From Convolutriloba macropyga (lineage: Eukaryota), in NCBI RefSeq assembly GCF_964194025.1, contig NC_134469.1, positions 6,510,001 through 6,574,000 on the forward strand: a DNA stretch of 64,000 bases, in the 5' to 3' direction. The notes under the pieces were generated by a model. The model did not search any database and had not been told where the DNA came from. It saw only the letters and a program-made list of their open reading frames with translations. The translations under genes and the position numbers were made by a program. Positions 52,230-62,814 of the stretch are shown in pieces (position 1 is the first letter of the stretch; each line of letters opens with the position of its first letter).

Positions 52230-55200
52230 CAGAGAAAAAAATATGATTGTAGAGTAGGTCCCTAACAGTTTTGTCAAGCATCGTTGGTTCACTGGTAGGG
52301 TTGTCGCCTGCCAAGCGATAGACACGGTTTCCATTCCCGGCCGATGCAACTTATTATCTGCGCACAAAAAATGCGCAAATTATTATCAGAGAATAGCAGA
52401 GAAAAACGCGCACGCAGACAAAAACGCACACGCAGACAAAAACGGGCACGCAGAGAAAAACGCGCACAAAGAGGAAAATGCGCACGCAGAGAAAAGTATA
52501 TGATTATACAGTATGTCCATACGAGTATTGCCAAGCTTCGGTGGTTTAGTGGTAGAATTGTCGCCTGCCACGCGATAGACACGGGTTCGATTCCAGGCTG
52601 ATGCAACTTATTATCCGCGCACAAAAACTGCGCAAAATTATTGTCAAAGAATAGCAGAGAAAAATGCGCACACAGAGGAAAAATGCGCACGACAAATATA
52701 TGATTATAGAGTATGTCCCTTCCAGTATTGCCAAGCATCGGTGGTTCAGTGGTAGAATTTTCGCCTGCCACGCGATAGATCCGGGTTCGATTCCCGCCCG
52801 ATGGAACTTATTATTTGCGCTCAAAAAATGCGCAAATTATTATCAGAGAATAGCAGAGATAAATGCGCACGCAGAGAAAGACGCGCACGCAGACAAAAAC
52901 GCACACGCAGACAAAAACGGGCACGCAGAGAAAAATGCGCACGCAGAGAAAAAAATGTGATTATAGAGTAGGTCCCTAACAGTTTTGTCAAGCATCGTTG
53001 GTTCAGTGTAGAGTTGTCGCCTGCCAAGCGATAGACACGGGTTCGATTCCCGGCCGATGCAACTTATTATCTGCGCACAAAAAATGCGCAAATTATTATC
53101 ACAGAATAGCAGAGAAAAACGCGCACAAAGAGGAAAATGCGCACGCAGAGAAAAGTATATGATTATACAGTATGTCCATACGAGTATTGTCAAGCTTCGG
53201 TGGTTCAGTGGTAGAATTGTCGCCTGCCACGCGATAGAACCGGATTCGATTCCCGGCTGATGCAACTTATTTTCGGCGCACAAAAACTGCGCAAAATTAT
53301 TGTCAAAGAATAGCAGAGAAAAATGCGCACACAGAGGAAAAATGCGCACGAAAAATATATGATTATAGAGTATGTCCCTTCCAGTATTGCCAAGCATCGG
53401 TGGTTCAGTGGTAGAATTTTCGCCTGCCACGCGATAGATCCGGGTTCGATTCCCGGCCGATGGAACTTATTATCTGCGCTCAAAAAATGCGCAAATTATT
53501 ATCAGAGAATAGCAGAGAAAAATGCGCACGCAGACAAAAACGCACACGCAGACAAAAACGGGCACGCCGAGAAAAACGCGCAGGCAGACAAAAACGCACA
53601 AGCAGACAAAAACGGGCACGCAGAGAAATGCGCAAGCAGAGAAAAAATATGATTATAGAGTAGGTCCCTAACGGTTTTGTCAAACATCGTTGGTTCAGTG
53701 GTAGAGTTGTCGCCTGCCAAGCGATAGACACGGGTTCGATTCCCGGCCGATGCAACTTATTATCTGCGCACAAAAAATGCGCAAATTATTATCACAGAAT
53801 AGCAGAGAAAAACGCGCACAAAGAGGAAAATGCGCACGCAGAGAAAAGTATATGATTATACAGTATGTCCATACGAGTATTATCAAGCTTCGGTGGTTCA
53901 GCGGTAGAATTGTCGCCTGCCACGCGATAGACCCGGGTTCGATTTCCGGCTGATGCAACTTATTATTGGCGCACAAAAACTGCGCAAAATTATTGTCAAA
54001 GAATAGCAGAGAAAAATGCGCACACAGAGGAAAAATGCGCACGAAAAATATATGATTATAGAGTATGTCCCTTCCAGTATTGCCAAGCATCGGTGGTTCA
54101 GTGGTAGAATTTTCGCCTGCCACGCGATAGATCCGGGTTCGATTCCCGCCCGATGGAACTTATTATTTGCGCTCAAAAAATGCGCAAATTATTATCAGAG
54201 AATAGCAGAGATAAATGCGCACGCAGAGAAAGACGCGCACGCAGACAAAAACGCACACGCAGACAAAAACGGGCACGCAGAGAAAAATGCGCACGCAGAG
54301 AAAAAAATGTGATTATAGAGTAGGTCCCTAACAGTTTTGTCAAGCATCGTTGGTTCACTGGTAGGGTTGTCGCCTGCCAAGCGATAGACACGGTTTCCAT
54401 TCCCGGCCGATGCAACTTATTATCTGCGCACAAAAAATGCGCAAATTATTATCAGAGAATAGCAAAGAAAAACGCGCACGCAGACAAAAACCCACACGCA
54501 GACAAAAACGGGCACGCAGAGAAAAACGCGCACAAAGAGGAAAATGCGCACGCAGAGAAAAGTATATGATTATACAGTATGTCCATACGAGTATTGCCAA
54601 GCTTCGGTGGTTTAGTGGTAGAATTGTCGCCTGCCACGCGATAGACACGGGTTCGATTCCAGGCTGATGCAACTTATTATCCGCGCACAAAAACTGCGCA
54701 AAATTATTGTCAAAGAATAGCAGAGAAAAATGCGCACACAGAGGAAAAATGCGCACGACAAATATATGATTATAGAGTATGTCCCTTCCAGTATTGCCAA
54801 GCATCGGTGGTTCAGTGGTAGAATTTTCGCCTGCCACGCGATAGATCCGGGTTCGATTCCCGCCCGATGGAACTTATTATTTGCGCTCAAAAAATGCGCA
54901 AATTATTATCAGAGAATAGCAGAGATAAATGCGCACGCAGAGAAAGACGCGCACGCAGACAAAAACGCACACGCAGACAAAAACGGGCACGCAGAGAAAA
55001 ATGCGCACGCAGAGAAAAAAATGTGATTATAGAGTAGGTCCCTAACAGTTTTGTCAAGCATCGTTGGTTCAGTGTAGAGTTGTCGCCTGCCAAGCGATAG
55101 ACACGGGTTCGATTCCCGGCCGATGCAACTTATTATCTGCGCACAAAAAATGCGCAAATTATTATCACAGAATAGCAGAGAAAAACGCGCACAAAGAGGA

Positions 55201-56200
55201 AAATGCGCACGCAGAGAAAAGTATATGATTATACAGTATGTCCATACGAGTATTGTCAAGCTTCGGTGGTTCAGTGGTAGAATTGTCGCCTGCCACGCGA
55301 TAGACCCGGATTCGATTCCCGGCTGATGCAACTTATTTTCGGCGCACAAAAACTGCGCAAAATTATTGTCAAAGAATAGCAGAGAAAAATGCGCACACAG
55401 AGGAAAAATGCGCACGAAAAATATATGATTATAGAGTATGTCCCTTCCAGTATTGCCAAGCATCGGTGGTTCAGTGGTAGAATTTTCGCCTGCCACGCGA
55501 TAGATCCGGGTTCGATTCCCGGCCGATGGAACTTATTATCTGCGCTCAAAAAATGCGCAAATTATTATCAGAGAATAGCAGAGAAAAATGCGCACGCAGA
55601 CAAAAACGCACACGCAGACAAAAACGGGCACGCCGAGAAAAACGCGCAGGCAGACAAAAACGCACAAGCAGACAAAAACGGGCACGCAGAGAAATGCGCA
55701 AGCAGAGAAAAAAATATGATTATAGAGTAGGTCCCTAACGGTTTTGTCAAACATCGTTGGTTCAGTGGTAGAGTTGTCGCCTGCCAAGCGATAGACACGG
55801 GTTCGATTCCCGGCCGATGCAACTTATTATCTGCGCACAAAAAATGCGCAAATTATTATCACAGAATAGCAGAGAAAAACGCGCACAAAGAGGAAAATGC
55901 GCACGCAGAGAAAAGTATATGATTATACAGTATGTCCATACGAGTATTATCAAGCTTCGGTGGTTCAGCGGTAGAATTGTCGCCTGCCACGCGATAGACC
56001 CGGGTTCGATTTCCGGCTGATGCAACTTATTATTGGCGCACAAAAACTGCGCAAAATTATTGTCAAAGAATAGCAGAGAAAAATGCGCACACAGAGGAAA
56101 AATGCGCACGAAAAATATATGATTATAGAGTATGTCCCTTCCAGTATTGCCAAGCATCGGTGGTTCAGTGGTAGAATTGTCGCCTGCCACGCGATAGATC
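52230..56200 (+). repeat. 2066-bp tandem duplication
   Basis: ORFs 52289/54355, 52843/54909, 53695/55762; the shared 1-nt deletion CAGTGTAGAG occurs at ~53005 and ~55071. Confidence 0.9.
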
Positions 56201-56369
56201 CGGGTTCGATTCCCGTCCGATGCAAATTTTTATCTGCGCTTGAAAAATGCGCAAATTATTATCAGAGAATAGCAGAGAAAAACGCGCACGCAGACAAAAA
56301 CGCACACGCAGACAAAAACGGGCACGCAGAGAAAAATGCGCACGCAGAGAAAAAATATGATTGTAGAGT

Positions 56370-56418
56370 ATTGTCGCCTGCCACGCGATAGACCCGAGTT
56401 CGATTCCCGGCCGATACA
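56370..56418 (+). pseudogene. 3'-half tRNA-Gly fragment (part of leader and 5' half deleted)
   Basis: GAGTA|TTGTCGCCTGCCAC: the leader is fused to the anticodon arm. Confidence 0.88.
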
Positions 56419-58599
56419 ACTTATTATCTGCCCACGAAAAATTCGCAAATTATTATCAGAGAAAGGCAGAGAAAAATGCGCACGCAGAGAAAAACGCGCA
56501 CGCAGAGGAAAATGCGCACGCAGAAAAAACGTATGGTTATTGAGTATGTCCCCACCAGTAATTTCAAGCATTGGTGGTTCAGTGGTAGAATTGTCGCCTG
56601 CCACGCGATAGACCCGGGTTCGATTCCCGGCCGATGCAACTGATTATCTGCGCACGAAAAATGCGCAAATTATTATCAGAGAATAGCAGAGAAAAAGGCG
56701 CACAAAGAGGAAAATGCGCACGCAGAGAAAAATATGATTATAGAGTATGTCCATACCAGCATTGTCAAGCTTCGGTTGTTCAGTGGTAGAAGTGTCACCT
56801 GCCACGCGATAGACCCGGGTTCGATTCCCGGCCGAGTAACTGATTATCTGCGCACAAAAAATGCGCAAATTATTATCAGAGAATAGCAGAGAAAAATGCG
56901 CACGCAGAGAAAAAAATATGATTGTAGAGTATGTCCCTATCAGTATTGTCAAGCATCGGTGGTTCAGTGTTAGAATTGTCGCCTGCCATGCGATAGACCC
57001 GAGTTCGATTCCGGCCAACGCAACTTATTATCTGCGCACGAAAAATGCGCAAATTATTATCAGAGAATAGCAGAGAAAAATGAGCACAAAGAGGAAAATG
57101 CGCACGCAGAGAAAAATATGATTATAGAGTATGTCCATACCAGCATTGTCAAGCTTCGGTGGTTCAGTGGTAGAAGTGTCACCTGCCACGCGATAGACCC
57201 GGGTTCGATTCCCGGCCGAGTAACTGATTATCTGCGCACAAAAAATGCGCAAATTATTATCAGAGAATAGCAGAGAAAAATGCGCACAGAGAGAAAAAAA
57301 TATGATTGTAGAGTATGTCCCTATCAGCATTGTCAAGCTTCGGTGGTTAAGTGGTAGAAGTGTCACTTGCCACGCGATAGACCCGGGTTCGATTCCCGGC
57401 CGATGCAACTGATTATCTGCGCACAAAAAATGCGCAAATTATTATCAGAGAATAGCAGAGAAAAATGCGCACAAAGAGGAAAATGCGCACGCAGAGAAAA
57501 ATATGATTATAGAGTATGTCCATACCAGCATTGTCAAGCTTCGGTGGTTCAGTGGTAGAAGTGTCACCTGCCACGCGATAGACCCGGGTTCGATTCCCGG
57601 CCGAGTAACTGATTATCTGCGCACAAAAAATGCGCAAATTATTATCAGAGAATAGCAGAGAAAAATGCGCACAGAGAGAAAAAAATATGATTGTAGAGTA
57701 TGTCCCTATCAGCATTGTCAAGCTTCGGTGGTTAAGTGGTAGAAGTGTCACTTGCCACGCGATAGACCCGGGTTCGATTCCCGGCCGATGCAACTGATTA
57801 TCTGCGCGCAAAAAATGCGCAAATTATTATCAGAGAATAGCAGAGAAAAATGCGCAAGCAGAGAAAAAAATATGATTATAGAGTAGGTCCCTAACAGTTT
57901 TGTCAAGCATCGTTGGTTCAGTGGTAGAGTTGTCGCCTGCCAAGCGATAGACACGGGTTCGATTACCGGCCGATGCAACTTATTATCTGCGCACAAAAAA
58001 TGCGCAAATTATTATCACAGAATAGCAGAGAAAAACGCGCACAAAGAGGAAAATGCGCACGCAGAGAAAAGTATATGATTATACAGTATGTCCATACGAG
58101 TATTATCAAGCTTCGGTGGTTAAGTGGTAGAAGTGTCACTTGCCACGCGATAGACCCGGGTTCGATTCCCGGCTGATGCAACTTATTATCGGCGCACAAA
58201 AACAGCGCAAAATTATTGTCAAAGAATAGCAGAGAAAAATGCGCACACAGAGGAAAAATGCGCACGAAAAATATATGATTATAGAGTATGTCCCTTCCAG
58301 TATTGCCAAGCATCGGTGGTTCAGTGGTAGAATTGTCGCCTGCCACGCGATAGATCCGGGTTCGATTCCCGGCCGATGCAACTGATTATCTGCGCACGAA
58401 AAATGCGCAAATTATTATCAGAGAAAGGCAGAGAAAAATGCGCACGCAGAGAAAAACGCGCACGCAGAGGAAAATGCGCACGCAGAAAAAACGTATGGTT
58501 ATTGAGTATGTCCCCACCAGTAATTTCAAGCATTGGTGGTTCAGTGGTAGAATTGTCGCCTGCCACGCGATAGACCCGGGTTCGATCCACGGCCGATGC

Positions 58600-60130
58600 A
58601 ACTGATTATCTGCGCACGAAAAATGCGCAAATTATTATCAGAGAATAGCAGAGAAAAAGGCGCACAAAGAGGAAAATGCGCACGCAGAGAAAAATATGAT
58701 TATAGAGTATGTCCATACCAGCATTGTCAAGCTTCGGTGGTTCAGTGGTAGAAGTGTCACCTGCCACGCGATAGACCCGGGTTCGATTCCCGGCCGAGTA
58801 ACTGATTATCTGCGCACAAAAAATGCGCAAATTATTATCAGAGAATAGCAGAGAAAAATGCGCACGCAGAGAAAAAAATATGATTGTAGAGTATGTCCCT
58901 ATCAGTATTGTCAAGCATCGGTGGTTCAGTGTTAGAATTGTCGCCTGCCATGCGATAGACCCGAGTTCGATTCCGGCCAACGCAACTTATTATCTGCGCA
59001 CGAAAAATGCGCAAATTATTATAAGAGAATAGCAGAGAAAAATGCGCACAAAGAGGAAAATGCGCACGCAGAGAAAAATATGATTATAGAGTATGTCCAT
59101 ACCAGCATTGTCAAGCTTCGGTGGTTCAGTGGTAGAAGTGTCACCTGCCACGCGATAGACCCGGGTTCGATTCCCGGCCGAGTAACTGATTATCTGCGCA
59201 CAAAAAATGCGCAAATTATTATCAGAGAATAGCAGAGAAAAATGCGCACGCAGAGAAAAAAATATGATTGTAGAGTATGTCCCTATCAGTATTGTCAAGC
59301 ATCGGTGGTTCAGTGTTAGAATTGTCGCCTGCCATGCGATAGACCCGAGTTCGATTCCGGCCAACGCAACTTATTATCTGCGCACGAAAAATGCGCAAAT
59401 TATTATCAGAGAATAGCAGAGAAAAATGCGCACAAAGAGGAAAATGCGCACGCAGAGAAAAATATGATTATAGAGTATGTCCATACCAGCATTGTCAAGC
59501 TTCGGTGGTTCAGTGGTAGAAGTGTCACCTGCCACGCGATAGACCCGGGTTCGATTCCCGGCCGAGTAACTGATTATCTGCGCACAAAAAATGCGCAAAT
59601 TATTATCAGAGAATAGCAGAGAAAAATGCGCACAGAGAGAAAAAAATATGATTGTAGAGTATGTCCCTATCAGCATTGTCAAGCTTCGGTGGTTAAGTGT
59701 TAGAATTGTCGCCTGTCATGCGATAGACCCGAGTTCGATTCCGGCCAACGCAACTTATTATCTGCGCACGAAAAATGCGCAAATTATTATCAGAGAATAG
59801 CAGAGAAAAATGCGCACAAAGAGGAAAATGCGCACGCAGAGAAAAATATGATTATAGAGTATGTCCATACCAGCATTGTCAAGCTTCGGTGGTTCAGTGG
59901 TAGAAGTGTCACCTGCCACGCGATAGACCCGGGTTCGATTCCCGGCCGAGTAACTGATTATCTGCGCACAAAAAATGCGCAAATTATTATCAGAGAATAG
60001 CAGAGAAAAATGCGCACAGAGAGAAAAAAATATGATTTTAGAGTATGTCCCTATCAGCATTGTCAAGCTTCGGTGGTTAAGTGGTAGAAGTGTCACTTGA
60101 CACGCGATAGACCCGGGTTCGATTCCCGGC
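58600..60130 (+). repeat. 384-bp dimeric higher-order repeat (related 385-bp run at ~56.7-57.8 kb)
   Basis: ORFs at 58606, 58990, 59374, 59758. GCTTCGG...CCGAGTA and GTGTTAGA...CCAACGCA tRNA variants alternate. Confidence 0.88.
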
Positions 60131-60654
60131 CGATGCAACTGATTATCTGCGCACAAAAAATGCGCAAATTATTATCAGAGAATAGCAGAGAAAAATGCGC
60201 AAGCAGAGAAAAAAATATGATTATAGAGTAGGTCCCTAACAGTTTTGTCAAGCATCGTTGGTTCAGTGGTAGAGTTGTCGCCTGCCAAGCGATAGACACG
60301 GGTTCGATTACCGGCCGATGCAACTTATTATCTGCGCACAAAAAATGCGCAAATTATTATCACAGAATAGCAGAGAAAAACGCGCACAAAGAGGAAAATG
60401 CGCACGCAGAGAAAAGTATATGATTATACAGTATGTCCATACGATTATTATCAAGCTTCGGTGGTTAAGTGGTAGAAGTGTCACTTGCCACGCGATAGAC
60501 CCGGGTTCGATTCCCGGCTGATGCAACTTATTATCGGCGCACAAAAACAGCGCAAAATTATTGCCAAAGAATAGCAGAGAAAAATGCGCACACAGAGGAA
60601 AAATGCGCACGAAAAATATATGATTATAGAGTATGTCCCTTCCAGTATTGCCAA

Positions 60655-60725
60655 GCATCGGTGGTTCAGTGGTAGAATTGTCGCCTGCCACGCGATAGAT
60701 CCGGGTTCGATTCCCGGCCGATGCA
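60655..60725 (+). tRNA. tRNA-Gly(GCC) (variable loop AGAT) followed by T5
   Basis: One change from consensus; TTTTT at 60728-60732. Confidence 0.72.
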
Positions 60726-62743
60726 AATTTTTATCTGCGCTCGAAAAATGCGCAAATTATTATCAGAGAATAGCAGAGAAAAACGCGCACGCAGACAAAA
60801 ACGCACACGCAGACAAAAACGGGCACGCAGAGAAAAATGCGCACGCAGAGAAAAAAATATGATTGTAGAGTATGTCCCTACCAGTATTGTCAAGCATCGG
60901 TGGTTCAGTGTTAGAATTGTCGCCTGCCACGCGATAGACCCGAGTTCGATTCCCGGCCGATACAACTTATTATCTGCGCACGAAAAATGCGCAAATTGTT
61001 ATCAGAGAAAGGCAGAGAAAAATGCGCACGCAGAGAAAAACGCGCACGCAGAGGAAAATGCGCACGCAGAAAAAACGTATGGTTATTGAGTATGTCCCCA
61101 CCAGTAATTTCAAGCATTGGTGGTTCAGTGTTAGAATTGTCGCCTGCCATGCGATAGACCCGAGTTCGATTCCAGCCAACGCAACTTATTATCTGCGCAC
61201 GAAAAATGCGCAAATTATTATCAGAGAATAGCAGAGAAAAATGCGCACAAAGAGGAAAATGCGCACGCAGAGAAAAATATGATTATAGAGTATGTCCATA
61301 CCAGCATTGTCAAGCTTCGGTGGTTCAGTGGTAGAAGTGTCACCTGCCACGCGATAGACCCGGGTTCGATTCCCGGCCGAGTAACTGATTATCTGCGCAC
61401 AAAAAATGCGCAAATTATTATCAGAGAATAGCAGAGAAAAATGCGCACAGAGAGAAAAAAAATATGATTTTAGAGTATGTCCCTATCAGCATTGTCAAGC
61501 TTCGGTGGTTAAGTGGTAGAAGTGTCACTTGCCACGCGATAGACCCGGGTTCGATTCCCGGCCGATGCAATTGATTATCTGCGCACAAAAAATGCGCAAA
61601 TTATTATCAGAGAATAGCAGAGAAAAATGCGCAAGCAGAGAAAAAAATATGATTATAGAGTAGGTCCCTAACAGTTTTGTCAAGCATCGTTGGTTCAGTG
61701 GTAGAGTTGTCGCCTGCCAAGCGATAGACACGGGTTCGATTACCGGCCGATGCAACTTATTATCTGCGCACAAAAAATGCGCAAATTGTTATCACAGAAT
61801 AGCAGAGAAAAACGCGCACAAAGAGGAAAATGCGCACGCAGAGAAAAGTATATGATTATACAGTATGTCCATACGAGTATTATCAAGCTTCGGTGGTTAA
61901 GTGGTAGAAGTGTCACTTGCCACGCGATAGACCCGGGTTCGATTCGCGGCTGATGCAACTTATTATCGGCGCACAAAAACAGAGCAAAATTATTGTCAAA
62001 GAATAGCAGAGAAAAATGCGCACACAGAGGAAAAATGCGCACGAAAAATATATGATTATAGAGTATGTCCCTTCCAGTATTGCCAAGCATCGGTGGTTCA
62101 GTGGTAGAATTGTCGCCTGCCACGCGATAGATCCAGTTTCGATTCCCGGCCGATGCAAATTTTTATCTGCGCTCGAAAAATGCGCAAATTATTATCAGAG
62201 AATAGCAGAGAAAAACGCGCACGCAGACAAAAACGCACACGCAGACAAAAACGGGCACGCAGAGAAAAATGCGCACGCAGAGAAAAAAATATGATTGTAG
62301 AGTATGTCCCTACCAGTATTGTCAAGCATCGGTGGTTCAGTGTTAGAATTGTCGCCTGCCACGCGATAGACCCGAGTTCGATTCCCGGCCGATACAACTT
62401 ATTATCTGCGCACGAAAAATGCGCAAATTATTATCAGAGAAAGGCAGAGAAAAATGCGCACGCAGAGAAAAACGCGCACGCAGAGGAAAATGCGCACGCA
62501 GAAAAAACGTATGGTTATTGAGTATGTCCCCACCAGTAATTTCAAGCATTGGTGGTTCAGTGTTAGAATTGTCGCCTGCCATGCGATAGACCCCAGTTCG
62601 ATTCCGGCCAACGCAACTTATTATCTGCGCACGAAAAATGCGCAAATTATTATCAGAGAATAGCAGAGAAAAATGCGCACAAAGAGGAAAAATGCGCACG
62701 AAAAATATATGATTATAGAGTATGTCCCTTCCAGTATTGCCAA

Positions 62744-62814
62744 GCATCGGTGGTTCAGTGGTAGAATTGTCGCCTGCCACGCGATAGATCCGGGTTCGAT
62801 TCCCGGCCGATGCA
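62744..62814 (+). tRNA. tRNA-Gly(GCC) (variable loop AGAT) followed by T5
   Basis: Same variant as 60655; TTTTT at 62817-62821. Confidence 0.72.
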
